A stretch of DNA of 64,000 nucleotides from an uncultured Chloroflexia bacterium. GTDB taxonomy: Bacteria > Chloroflexota > Chloroflexia > QHBQ01 > JADMIH01. Location of the stretch: NCBI GenBank assembly GCA_963797095.1, contig CAWCNY010000002.1, positions 128,001 to 192,000 on the forward strand, read 5' to 3'. A program made the position numbers and the translations under genes. The notes beneath the pieces are model-generated. The model was not told where the DNA came from. It was given only the letters and a program-made list of their open reading frames with translations, and ran no database searches. Shown here one piece after another: positions 29,545-42,156 of this stretch. Within the stretch, counting starts at the first letter, position 1; every line of letters starts with the position of its first letter.

Positions 29545-31575
29545 GTGAAGGTCGTGATACAGGGAGCGTGGCACGCACGCGGCTTGTGGCTAGGCCCGTG
29601 TGCGTGGCTGCTTGCCCTGGCAGGCACCCTCCTGTTGCCTGACGAGGCTGCACGGTGGTGGGGGGTGGCGCTTATCCTGTTGGGGTGTGGGGTGACGCTG
29701 GTGGCGTGGCGGAATGTGCCGGTGCCCTCCCCATTCGATGCCCCTTCGAGCCTTGAGCGCGCGTCTGATCGCTTCCAACTTCGCTTTCGGGGCTATGCGC
29801 CTTCGCTTGTGGGGTTTGGTGTGTCGGCCCTTCTGTCGTTCTTCGCCAGCGCCGCCTTTCTTGCCAATCCGAACGATACATTCGGGCTGGCCGGGTGGCT
29901 GTGGGTTGTGAGCATTGGCGCGCTGCTCATTTCGTGCTTGTTTTGGCCCAGTCCTGTTGTGCCGGACGCCACCGATATACCAGGCCGGTGGCCTGCGTGG
30001 GAGAAGGCCGTATTCGCGGGGTTGGTGGTGCTGGCGGCGATCCTGCGGCTGTGGAACTTGAATCAGTTTCCGTTCCAGATTTACGGCGATGAGATAGAAA
30101 CGGGCCGGTTCGCCACCGAGTCTTATTTACACCAGCCTGCGGGTCAACCAGGGCCTTCGATATTCAGCCTCCTATGGCCGACTATTGACTTGCCTGGACT
30201 GTGGTTTCTCACGGTGGCTCAATCTGTGCGGATTGGCGGCTTCACCCTGTGGTCGCTGCGCTTGCCTGCTGCGCTGTTCGGGACTGCAATCGCGGTGCCT
30301 TTCTACGGGTTTGTTCGTTCGGGTTGGGGGCGTGGGGCCGCGATAGCGGGCACGGCGATGTTTGCTTTCAGCGCGGTCGCGGTCCACTACAGCCGTGTTA
30401 CGCTCAATAACATTGTGACCCCCTTCTTCTGGACGGTATGCTTTCTGTTTCTCATACGCGGATTGCGGTCCCGCCGCCCGATTGATTGGGCGCTGGCAGG
30501 GCTTGCCGGGGGTTTGAGCGAATATGGCTATTACGGCACCCGATTGCTGCCTTTCATACTGCTCATCTTCTTCGCGTATCTGCTGATCGTCCACAGAAGG
30601 GTCGCGCTTGCATACCTGGGGCATTTCGGGTTGGTCGCGCTGGGCTATCTGGTGGCATTTGGGCCTCTCGCTGCCCGCTATGTGCTCAATCCGGGGCTGT
30701 ATACAGGCAGGTCGCAGGGCATGATGATCTGGGATCACTTTCCTACAAGCTGGGCAGACTTCCAGAATATGCTTGACGCTATCTGGCCGGTACTGGCGGA
30801 GAACCTGCTGGGTGTAAGCACACATCCTTCGCAGGAAGTGATATATTACGCGCCTTTTCTCTTTCCTGCCGAGGCGGCTCTACTTGCGCTGGGCGTGGTA
30901 TTGTTGTCGTGTCGATGGAAGCACCCGGCTTCGTTCCTGGCGTTGCTTGCTCTTGTGGGGGTCTTTTTCGTGGGTGGGACGCTGGTCGTGTACGGGCTGC
31001 CGCCCATCTTCGCTCACTGGATTCCAGCGCTGCCACTTTTCTACGTCGCGACCTCGGCCCCTATCGGTGCCTGGCTCACCGATCTGGCGAGTTTGCCTTC
31101 TCGCATTGCCGGTAGGGTGAAGGTGGCTGCGTTTGCCGCTGTTGGCGTGGGCCTCGTTGCGCTGGGGCTTTGGAACATCAACTTCTATTTCCGCGACTAC
31201 TATGCGGACTCCGGTATCGTGAAGCAGGACGTGTACAGGAACGCGGCGATGCTCCTGGAAACGCGAAGCGCGCAGGCTCGCTACCAGGGTGAGCTTGGTG
31301 GGAATTATGTTGTACGGTTTCTGGGAGACGGGATTTATCTTCAGAATCCCGACGTGCCATATTTTGCGCAAGGGCAGGATTACGGGTCTATAGCCGACCC
31401 TCAGTCTCAGTTGCCGATGACGCGCATTCCGGGCAAAGGGCTTGCATTCCTGCTTTTGCCTGGGAGCGAGCAATATCGCGATCTTGTACGGCGGTTATAT
31501 CCGGGGGGAGAGGATGGAGAAGTGCGGAGCAGAACCGGGCGGCATTTATTCTATATATATGTGCTCGCGCCTTAG
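29545..31575 (+). CDS. GT-C glycosyltransferase (GT39/PMT-ArnT-like)
   Basis: Polytopic membrane protein, LRLWNL...YGDE acidic motif, RLPAALFG; start uncertain. Confidence 0.8.
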   Translation: MKVVIQGAWHARGLWLGPCAWLLALAGTLLLPDEAARWWGVALILLGCGVTLVAWRNVPVPSPFDAPSSLERASDRFQLRFRGYAPSLVGFGVSALLSFFASAAFLANPNDTFGLAGWLWVVSIGALLISCLFWPSPVVPDATDIPGRWPAWEKAVFAGLVVLAAILRLWNLNQFPFQIYGDEIETGRFATESYLHQPAGQPGPSIFSLLWPTIDLPGLWFLTVAQSVRIGGFTLWSLRLPAALFGTAIAVPFYGFVRSGWGRGAAIAGTAMFAFSAVAVHYSRVTLNNIVTPFFWTVCFLFLIRGLRSRRPIDWALAGLAGGLSEYGYYGTRLLPFILLIFFAYLLIVHRRVALAYLGHFGLVALGYLVAFGPLAARYVLNPGLYTGRSQGMMIWDHFPTSWADFQNMLDAIWPVLAENLLGVSTHPSQEVIYYAPFLFPAEAALLALGVVLLSCRWKHPASFLALLALVGVFFVGGTLVVYGLPPIFAHWIPALPLFYVATSAPIGAWLTDLASLPSRIAGRVKVAAFAAVGVGLVALGLWNINFYFRDYYADSGIVKQDVYRNAAMLLETRSAQARYQGELGGNYVVRFLGDGIYLQNPDVPYFAQGQDYGSIADPQSQLPMTRIPGKGLAFLLLPGSEQYRDLVRRLYPGGEDGEVRSRTGRHLFYIYVLAP

Positions 31576-31907
31576 GGTATTTCGCCTTTGTGGATAGGGT
31601 AATACCGCATTGGCATGAGATGGCGGCTCCGCAACTCATAGAGTTAACCAGTTCATAGTCACACTGGTTAACCAGCCCATCTGGATAGTATTCCCTATTT
31701 CTGGTGATGTGTATCCATGCGCCCGCGGGCATAATAGCGCCAGGGTTGCAATGTGCCAATGGTGAGAAGCTGCTGATTTTATTCTTTTGCAGCGGGTTGC
31801 TGTTGGCCGCCTCACGTCAGGTTGATGCACCGGTCTTATCTTATTTGTATGTCCGTGATCGCGCTCCAGTCGGACCCGGATTCCCAAGAACACAAAGGAG
31901 AGACGTG

Positions 31908-33935
31908 ATGAGAACCAGAAGCACTAATCATATTCTCAGACGTGATTTATTGTGGGCGATGCTGCTGGCGCTGCTCTGCGCAGGTGTGGCTGTTGGCGCT
32001 GTGGGCACAAGCTCTGCTGCCCTGCGCGCCGACGGCACACTTGCCGGACCTGAGCCGGGTGCTCAAGTGCCCAATGGAGGTGATTGTTGGACGGAAATCG
32101 ATGTCCAGAATGTCCTAACAGGAGGCAACTACGTGATGGGCATGGACAGCGACCCTGAGACGGGTAACATCCTCGCCGGAGGTTACTACACCGGTACAGG
32201 GATCGGTGAAGGTGCTCAACTGGTAGAGTACCAAAGCGGGAGTAGCTTCCAAATTGTGCCTAACCCGGCAGATATCGGCACGCAGAGCGTTATCAATGGG
32301 GTTGGGTCTATCCCATCCACGGACAACGAGTTTTGGCTGGTCGGTAATAGCTTCGTAACGACAGCCACCCTGCCGCTGATCGAGAGATTCGACGGCACCA
32401 GCCTGACACACGTACAAAATCCCGACGTTCACCCGTTAAGTTTCCTGAAGGATGTTGACGCCGCCAGCCCTGACTTTGCTATCGCGGTGGGCAGGGAACT
32501 GTACGGGCCGGAGAAACCACTTATCGAGGAGTGGGATGGCAGCGATTGGACGTCGGTGCCACCGCCTAATAGCGAGGTTAGCTCACTAACCGGGGTGGTG
32601 GCGTTCCCGGATGGGAGGGCTGTAGCCGTTGGTCAAGTGAACTCCCCCGAAACCTATCAATTGGTGTTGAGCCGAAGCACGAGTGGGGTATGGAGTGAGG
32701 TGTCTGCCCAGCTTCCAGGTAGTTTCGCCCAGCTCACAGCGGTGGATGCAAGCGGCCCGACCGACGTGTGGGCAGTAGGGTATTACATCAATGCGAGCAA
32801 TAACCGCGTGCCCTACTCCCTTCATGGGAATCTCGACACCGCCACATGGACTGTTGTGTCTATGCCGATCCCCACCGGAGCAGGTGTGAGCAGCCAGCCT
32901 AGCACGAATGGGGATACGCAGGCTAACACCATAAACTGCCCATCACCCTCTCAGTGCTTTGCAGCAGGTGGGACCACTGATGGTGCCGTTGACAAAACAA
33001 CAGCATGGGAAAGACTTCGGGACGAGTGGAACACATTGCCAGACCCTGCCAACAGTTTCCTTGTTGCGTTCGTGGCATTAAGCTGGTACGGGAATGGTAG
33101 CCCAAAAGGCATGCCGGGAGATGCGACGCAACTGTATGGAGCGGGTAATTACATTGATAGCACCAGCGGATTAAGTCGGGTGGGGGTGCTGAGTTACGAT
33201 ACGTCGTGCGGCGAGCCAGAACCTACGCCCACGCCCGGCGGCCCTACATCGACTCCGGTCGGGGCTACGCCTACGCCTGCTCTTCCTACTGCTACTGCTA
33301 CACCTATAGCCTGTACTCCCGGCCAGTTCTCCGATGTGCCATCGGGCAGCACCTTCTACCCCTTCATCACCTGCCTGGTGAACCGGAATGTTATATCAGG
33401 TTATTCTGATTGCACGTTCCGTCCAGGTAACAATGTTACGCGGGGGCAACTGGCAAAGGTGGTGTCCAATGCCGCGAACTTCCAGGAGCCGGAGACCGGC
33501 CAGACGTTCGAGGACATACCCGTTGGTTCTACATACCATGACTTTATCGAGAGACTGTTTGCACGGGGCATCATAGGCGGATACCCATGCGGAGGGGCGG
33601 GGGAGCCTTGCGTTGGGCCTGGGAACAGGCCATACTTCAGGCCGAACGCCAACTCTACGCGGGGGCAGATATCGAAGATAGTGGCGATAGCTGCCGGGTA
33701 TCAAGACCCCACCAGCAGCCAGACGTTCGAGGACGTGCCTGGAGGCTCCACGTTCCATCTATGGATAGAGAACCTTGCCTCGCGAGGGATCATGTCGGGG
33801 TATGCGTGTGGAGGTGCTGGAGAGCCATGTGTCGGGCCTGGGAACAGGCCATACTTCAGGCCAGCTAACAATGCCACGAGGGGGCAGACTTCCAAGATAG
33901 TGGCCAACACTTTCTTCCCTAGCTGTAACCCTTAG
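31908..33935 (+). CDS. Secreted beta-propeller-like repeat protein with SLH anchor
   Basis: AAGGAG RBS before ATG 31908, signal peptide, WAVG/WDGSDW repeats, 3 SLH (first of canonical length, GYSDCTFRP). Confidence 0.82.
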   Translation: MRTRSTNHILRRDLLWAMLLALLCAGVAVGAVGTSSAALRADGTLAGPEPGAQVPNGGDCWTEIDVQNVLTGGNYVMGMDSDPETGNILAGGYYTGTGIGEGAQLVEYQSGSSFQIVPNPADIGTQSVINGVGSIPSTDNEFWLVGNSFVTTATLPLIERFDGTSLTHVQNPDVHPLSFLKDVDAASPDFAIAVGRELYGPEKPLIEEWDGSDWTSVPPPNSEVSSLTGVVAFPDGRAVAVGQVNSPETYQLVLSRSTSGVWSEVSAQLPGSFAQLTAVDASGPTDVWAVGYYINASNNRVPYSLHGNLDTATWTVVSMPIPTGAGVSSQPSTNGDTQANTINCPSPSQCFAAGGTTDGAVDKTTAWERLRDEWNTLPDPANSFLVAFVALSWYGNGSPKGMPGDATQLYGAGNYIDSTSGLSRVGVLSYDTSCGEPEPTPTPGGPTSTPVGATPTPALPTATATPIACTPGQFSDVPSGSTFYPFITCLVNRNVISGYSDCTFRPGNNVTRGQLAKVVSNAANFQEPETGQTFEDIPVGSTYHDFIERLFARGIIGGYPCGGAGEPCVGPGNRPYFRPNANSTRGQISKIVAIAAGYQDPTSSQTFEDVPGGSTFHLWIENLASRGIMSGYACGGAGEPCVGPGNRPYFRPANNATRGQTSKIVANTFFPSCNP

Positions 33936-33949
33936 GAATCTGGAAACGG

Positions 33950-33993
33950 TATGAAGAGGAGAGGTGGCACGTAAGCCACCTCTCCTCTTCATA
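33950..33993. terminator. Hairpin terminator between convergent genes
   Basis: TATGAAGAGGAGAGGTGGC-N6-GCCACCTCTCCTCTTCATA. Confidence 0.8.
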
Positions 33994-34003
33994 CCTGATA
34001 TGG

Positions 34004-36389
<2,386 letters not shown>

Positions 36390-36764
36390 CTACGCTGCTA
36401 TCGCCTGTACCTTCTGCTTGGGGGCCAGTATTATGCTTACGCCCGCAGAAACGTGCAGGTCCCCCAGCTTGGTATCTACTATATCGAGTATGCGCTTGAA
36501 CTCATTGGTTGCCGTGTACACCTCAGTATACACGCCGAGCGGGTTCGTGCCTATGTAGCTGACGAACTCTGCCTCAGGAAAGACCTCGCGTACGGCGCGG
36601 GTAATGCGCCCGATGGCGTCCTGCACCCGCTCGTCACGCAAGTCGATATACACTAACTGCTCGTTGATGATGGGCTTGGTGTTGATGGGGGTCGGCTCTC
36701 CGACCTCCGAAAGGTCAAACTCCGCTACCGCTCCTACTTCGATGCCTGCTCCTACCGGTTCCAT
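36390..36764 (-). CDS. Hypothetical protein
   Basis: GGAGG RBS, 124 aa, same orientation as both neighbours. Confidence 0.65.
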   Translation of the reverse strand: MEPVGAGIEVGAVAEFDLSEVGEPTPINTKPIINEQLVYIDLRDERVQDAIGRITRAVREVFPEAEFVSYIGTNPLGVYTEVYTATNEFKRILDIVDTKLGDLHVSAGVSIILAPKQKVQAIAA

Positions 36765-36870
36765 TTCGGGCCTCCTGTGCCTGTACGAAGTTCCTGGTTT
36801 CTGGTTCCAAGTTCCTGGTTGGATAGCTAATAACTAGGAACCAGGAACTAGCAACTTGGAACTTCCGTGC

Positions 36871-37512
36871 CTAGGTCCTTGCTTCGAGCACTACCACCTG
36901 CATAGGGCCTTCATCATCGGAGCCTTTGACCGTGAGCTTCTCCTGAGGGGTCCACTCTTTTATGCCTATCTCCTTCATAAACCTGTCCAGCGCATCCAGT
37001 TCGACCAATTCTTTGCCTGTTGAATAGTGCATGGGTATAACGATGTGCGGTTCGATCTGGCTTATGACTTCGCTGGCCTTGTTCGCGCTGAGTGCGTTGT
37101 GGCCGCCTACCGGTACCATCAGCACATCGACATCGCCCAGGGCCTCGAGCTGGTGCGAGTTGAGTGTGTGGCCCAGCGCGCCAAGATGGCACACTACCGC
37201 GTCGTCCAGGTGAAAGATGAAGATATTGTTTCTACCTAGCTCCTTACCCTCTTTGCTGTCTGCGAAGGACCAGACGCCTGTAACAAATACACCCCGGACT
37301 TCGTATTCGCCGGGGCCTCTTACCACGAAGGGTTCGCCCTTCACGCCTGGTGTCGCGCTGTGGTGTGGGTGTTCGTGAGAAATGGTGACGATTTCGGCCT
37401 TCTGGTTTAGCGTGCCCAGACCGAGGCTTTTATCGTAGGGGTCGGTGATAACGGTGGCGTCGCGGCTCTTGATGCGGAAGCAGGCGTGTCCCAGCCATGT
37501 GATTTCTGCCAA
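36871..37512 (-). CDS. MBL-fold metallo-hydrolase
   Basis: ITWLGHACF, TDPY, SHEHPHH, LMVPVGG, IPMHY. Confidence 0.85.
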   Translation of the reverse strand: MAEITWLGHACFRIKSRDATVITDPYDKSLGLGTLNQKAEIVTISHEHPHHSATPGVKGEPFVVRGPGEYEVRGVFVTGVWSFADSKEGKELGRNNIFIFHLDDAVVCHLGALGHTLNSHQLEALGDVDVLMVPVGGHNALSANKASEVISQIEPHIVIPMHYSTGKELVELDALDRFMKEIGIKEWTPQEKLTVKGSDDEGPMQVVVLEART

Positions 37513-38009
37513 TAGATTTACCTTCTTTCATAGGCAGAAGGCCGGCCATTTCGGCTTCGGCCTTCCGCAAAAATACCATGTAATTGTACCAAAATGACCG
37601 TTTTGCACGCAAATGTGGAAAAGTGCAAAAATGGAAGGCCTCTTGGCAATAACCTCCTATTATACGAATCAGGTTCAATTCACCTGACACAGAAGACTAT
37701 GCTACAAACCTGCAAGTCTGTTTCATGCCTTTGATAGTCCAGAAGGTACAGGGCATTGTCAGGATGGTAACTGGGCGGGTAGTAATTTCGTGACGAATTT
37801 GCCGCGTCCAGTTCGAGGTTTGGTGAAAAATGGAGGTTGTTCATTTTCGACCTCGGAATATAGAATTATTACAGATGCGCCCAGTAGTCTACAGTCTTAC
37901 TCACCACAGTACTTCGGTTATCACGCTTGGACGCCCACAGAGACCTCCCATCCACAAGGAGAGATCAATGTCGACCTCTATCAACTCAATCCAAGTGATG
38001 ACCCTGTAA

Positions 38010-38737
38010 CCGGTACGAGGGATAGCGGTTGAGGCCGATAAGCGCCAGGTAAGGTCCGAACGCGTGCCAGTTGAGCATGGTGGCGAGGGTGAACTCGCCG
38101 ATCACGATGGCGAACGTCAGGAACGCTCCGCTGAGGAGTGCTACTCGCAAGTTGGGGAAGGTCACCCGAAATAGTATAGTGACCCAGTTTGCCCCCAGGC
38201 TCTGGGCGCCTCGGTGAGCGCCCGCACGTCCATTGCCCGCAATCCTGTATCGACCGCGCGATACATATAAGGGAGGGCGAGCACCACGTAGCCCGCTACG
38301 AGGAGCGCCGGGCTGGAGACAAGAGGGAGCGGGCCTCCGCTATAATTCCGGATCAGCCCGAACACCGGCACGATGGCGGGCACCACGAAAGGCAACAGCG
38401 TGATGAACTCGATCAGCGGGCGCAGTCGCGGCAGCTTGAGATGCACCCAGTAGGCCGTCGGCACGATCAGCACCAGGCTTACCACTATTGTGGATACGGC
38501 CATCAACGTCGAAAAGAGGAAGGTGTCGCGGAACTGCGTGTCGGCGAGCACGTTGGCATAGGCGTCAAAGCCGTACTTATCGCGTCCAGCCGCCCGCAGC
38601 GAGAACTCGAACGTGCCGTACAGAGGCACCAGAAAATAGAGCGCGCCCACAATGATAATGCGCCACGACCAGAAGGGCACCCAGAACTTGCCGCTCAGCT
38701 TCCCCGCAGCCACCTCGCGCTCCAGCGCTGAAGCCAC
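38010..38737 (-). pseudogene. ABC permease (PotC-like), frameshifted and 3'-truncated
   Basis: Frame breaks in the EAA region near 38200; continuation FPNLRVALLSGAFLTFAIVIGEF is in another frame and degenerates near 38010. Confidence 0.7.
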
Positions 38738-39604
38738 GAGTATGCGCCTATGGAGATCGCCATGATCACCACCATACCGAGGGCGAGCGCGTAGCCCAGG
38801 TTAGGGTTATGCAGCACATCGCCGCGAATTTGTGCCCCGATCTGGATGGTTATGAGGTTGAGCGAGCCGCCCGTGAGGGCGAAGGCGGTGGCATACGCCC
38901 CGAATGCGTTCCCAAAGAGGAGGATCATCGTGCCGAGCAGCGAAGGCATGAGGATGGGGAGGGCAATGTGTCGCCAGTACTGCGAGGGAGTGGCCCTCAG
39001 GTTCTCCGATGCCTCGCGCCACTCCCTTTTGAGGCCGTCGAGCGCGGGGGCGATGATCAGCACCATATGGGGAACTGGAAATAGAGGTAGGTGAGGCTCA
39101 GGCCCCAGAACGTATAGAGGCTGAACCCGCCGTTGTAGACGTCCAGGCCGATGTTCTTCAACAGTACAGTGAGGAACCCTGTACGCTCCAGGGTGGCTAT
39201 GAAGGCGAAGGCGAGGGGCACGCCCGCGAAGTTGGAGGCCACCCCGAAAAGGTCATCAGCGCCGAGCGCACCCATTGCGGTAGTCCACCTATCACCACGG
39301 CATACGCCAGCAGGAAGCCGAATATGCCGCCGCCAAGAGCGGTAACGGCGCTAACTTCGACGCTCAGAATATACGAATTGAGGATAAACGGCTGGAACAG
39401 ATCGCCTATGTTGGCGAGGGTGACGTTGCCCGCATCGTCCTGAAAGCTGCCGATCAAGAGGTAGGCGCTGGGCAAGATGAGAAAGAGGAAGGCAAACGCT
39501 ATGAAAGGCATGACACCCAGCCATGCCCATGTGCCTGTGCGCACCAGCCTGCGGGCCTGTGGCGCTTCGGCGGTCGCGATAGGTCTATCTAAAGCCTGTG
39601 CCAA
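38695..39604 (-). pseudogene. ABC permease (PotB-like), split by at least two frameshifts
   Basis: Three consecutive ORF pieces (39197-39604, 39057-39275, 38695-39066) form one permease. Confidence 0.75.
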
Positions 39605-39695
39605 ATGCTAAATCTCCCGCCCCTGCGCCGGCCCTCCCCTCGCGGGGAAGACCGGCGACAATAAGGATTGGAGGAAAGGAACCGAGATGTATGCT

Positions 39696-40879
39696 TTACT
39701 CTACGTCAGCACCGACCAAGCTGTCCCAGTTCTTGGTGATCGTTTCGTTGGCCTTGCTGAGTTGGCCGAGGGTGGGGAACTGGGCCTTGGCATATACATC
39801 GGCGGGAGGGAGCTTGGCTGCCAGGTCTGCGGGGATCGCGTTCCTGCTCGCCAGGTCGTTATAGTGGATCGGGTGGCAGTAGCCGTTCAGCCATGCTAGC
39901 TGGCCTTCGTCCGAGTAGAGGTACTCCATCCAGAGCTGAGCGGCGTTGGGTGAGGCGCATAGGCGCCGATCGCCTGCACGTACACTCCCGCCGGCACGCC
40001 ATTGGACGGCACGATCACATCAACCTTGGGATTGTCCTTGAGGGCATCCTTGTCGGCCAGCGCGTTGTAGTCCCAGCGCAGCACGATGAGGGTCTCGCCC
40101 TTGGCGACCGTTCCTTGCTTGGCGATCACGGGCACGAAGATGCCGCCCTTGTTCAGGGTAGCGAAGAAGTTGAGGCCCGGCTGCACGTTGTCGAGTGAGC
40201 CACCGGTGCCGAGGGCAACAGCGGTCACGCCGTTGATCGCGTGGCTGGATGTACGAGGGTCGCCCGCGAGGGCCACCTGGCCCTTGTACTCAGGCTTGTT
40301 CAGGTCGGACCACTCCTGGGGGACGTTCGTCACCACATCGGCGTTCACTTCAAGAGCCATAACACCATAGTAGTCGCCGTACCAGTAGCCGTCGGCGTCT
40401 TTGGCGCTGTCGGGGATGGTGTCCCACGTAGATACCTTGTAAGGCTGGATCAACTGGTCGGTCTTGGCCGAAGGGCCGAACGATAGGCCAACGTCGATCA
40501 CGTCGGGGGCTTGTGGGCCTTTGTTGTCCTTGTTTGCCTTGATTGCCTCGACCTCATCGCCCGATCCGGCGTCGGGGGTTAGCTCATTGACCGAAAGGCC
40601 GTACTTGGCCTTGAGGCCATCGATCACCGCGCCGTAGCCGCACCAATCGTGCGGTAGCGCGATGGTGGTCAGAGTGCCTTCCGCCTTGGCGTCTGATACC
40701 AGCTTATCCATATCGGCTGACATCGAGGAGTCTGTGCCTGATGACGAGCTACTTGCGGTGGTGGCCGTCGGCGCGACCGGCGTGGCGGTGGGCGTATCGC
40801 CGCAGGCCGACAGCAGGGCGCTGCCCCCAAGCAGCAAAGCCATAGCCATTCCCGTTAATTTGCGACTTGTTGTTTTCAA
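39696..40879 (-). pseudogene. ABC substrate-binding lipoprotein (PotD/iron-type), frameshifted
   Basis: TTG 40879 with GGAGG RBS, lipobox LSAC, ALAGDP, WDYN; C-terminus lies in the separate ORF 39696-39929. Confidence 0.75.
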
Positions 40880-41020
40880 TGTAGAAGATCCTCCTCCTGG
40901 TATAAGGTACCAGCAACGGCAGCTCAGTCGTAACGCACCTACCAAATGCCGCTTGACAGACTACTAGCAGCCGGATGTTAGGGGGTTGTTATTTGGCCTT
41001 TAACCAGTGTTAACAACATC

Positions 41021-41091
41021 TTTTCCACAGGTCATGTGGAATAGTGCAAACATGCGCATGTTTCGAACAATAAACATAAGATTGTGGAAAA
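41021..41091. promoter_or_regulatory. Cluster of DnaA-box-like 9-mers and a 16-bp palindrome
   Basis: TTTTCCACA 41021-29, TGTGGAATA 41035-43, TGTGGAAAA 41083-91; AAACATGCGCATGTTT 41048-63. Confidence 0.45.
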
Positions 41092-41096
41092 CCCAC

Positions 41097-41145
41097 TTGA
41101 CATATCATCCAGGCTGCGGATATAAGGTAATAGAACATAAGTTCT
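41097..41145 (+). promoter_or_regulatory. Sigma70 promoter with LexA (Cheo-type) box at the predicted transcription start
   Basis: TTGACA(41097)-18 bp-TATAAG; AGAACATAAGTTCT at 41132-41145. Confidence 0.7.
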
Positions 41146-41192
41146 GATAGGTAATTGAAGCTGTATTTAGAGAAGTTTCAGGAGTTAGAGAG

Positions 41193-42140
41193 ATGTTCAA
41201 GAGCATAGTAGCGAGGAAGTTGGCACTGGCGACAATAAGCATTACATTCATCGCGCTGGGAGTTGGCTCGGCGCATGCAGAGAGCACCACACCCGGCGGG
41301 CACACCAACCCTTATCCCTATGGTACAGAGCAATACTGGGCGTGGCAGAACAGACCGGATCTTCCGGGCAACCTGGGTGAGCCTTACACCTGGGACGACA
41401 ACGCGGGCAGGCTTGGCTGGCCCGTGAGCGAGTACCCGCGCAGGGGCGACGTGGCGGTGTTCGAGCCGGGGGTGCTTGGTGTCGATGTAACACGGGGGCA
41501 GGTGGCTTTCGTGGAGCAGGTGCTGGCCGATGGCAAGTTCACGGTCAGTTTGATGGACGACACAGAGTGCAGCGCGTGCGGGCGCATTGACCGGAGAGAT
41601 TACGAGCTTGCCCCGGGCACCAGCTTTATCCACTACCAGAAGGACACGCGCACAACCTGGGGATTCCAGAGCGGGCAGTCTGGTTGGACGGCGAGCGACG
41701 TCGATGCGGGCAACCTGGGAGGGCCAGGGTGGTATTATCCTCTGGCGGGTGCCGACCCCAATCTGGTTAGCCCCGACCTTGAGATACCGCTCGATTACTA
41801 CAACACTATCGAAGTGGATATCGCCCAGGGCATACCGGTTAGCGATCCTACGATGCAGGTCTATTTCGCGACGGATGCGCAGTCCGAATTCACCGAAGCC
41901 AACTCGGTCACGGTGCGCGGGCTTGCGGATGGCGAGCTACACCGCTACAGCTTCTTCTTCGGCGGCAACCCCAACTGGAAAGGCACTCTCGTCCGGCTCA
42001 GGCTCGACCCGGCGGGCGCGGGCACGAAGGGTGGGGTGCGCATTGACCGCGTGCGCCTGGTCCAATCCGAAGGCCAACCGCCTGTATACACCGCGCTAAA
42101 CGAGACACCGTTGGATACGCACGGCGGGCGGCAGCGATAG
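41193..42140 (+). CDS. Secreted CHAP-like domain protein with C-terminal beta-sandwich
   Basis: Signal peptide AHA, NPYPYG, NLG...WDDNA, PRRGDVAVF, GQVAFVEQV; canonical catalytic Cys/His not evident. Confidence 0.7.
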   Translation: MFKSIVARKLALATISITFIALGVGSAHAESTTPGGHTNPYPYGTEQYWAWQNRPDLPGNLGEPYTWDDNAGRLGWPVSEYPRRGDVAVFEPGVLGVDVTRGQVAFVEQVLADGKFTVSLMDDTECSACGRIDRRDYELAPGTSFIHYQKDTRTTWGFQSGQSGWTASDVDAGNLGGPGWYYPLAGADPNLVSPDLEIPLDYYNTIEVDIAQGIPVSDPTMQVYFATDAQSEFTEANSVTVRGLADGELHRYSFFFGGNPNWKGTLVRLRLDPAGAGTKGGVRIDRVRLVQSEGQPPVYTALNETPLDTHGGRQR

Positions 42141-42156
42141 TGGTTCAAAACAAGTC

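Noticed and set aside
37790-38032. 80-aa ORF on the + strand
   Set aside because: No RBS or recognisable motif; lies at the deletion junction of the decayed ABC operon
41021-41091. Replication origin
   Set aside because: Only three imperfect boxes, no dnaA/dnaN and no clear unwinding element; treated as promoter-associated
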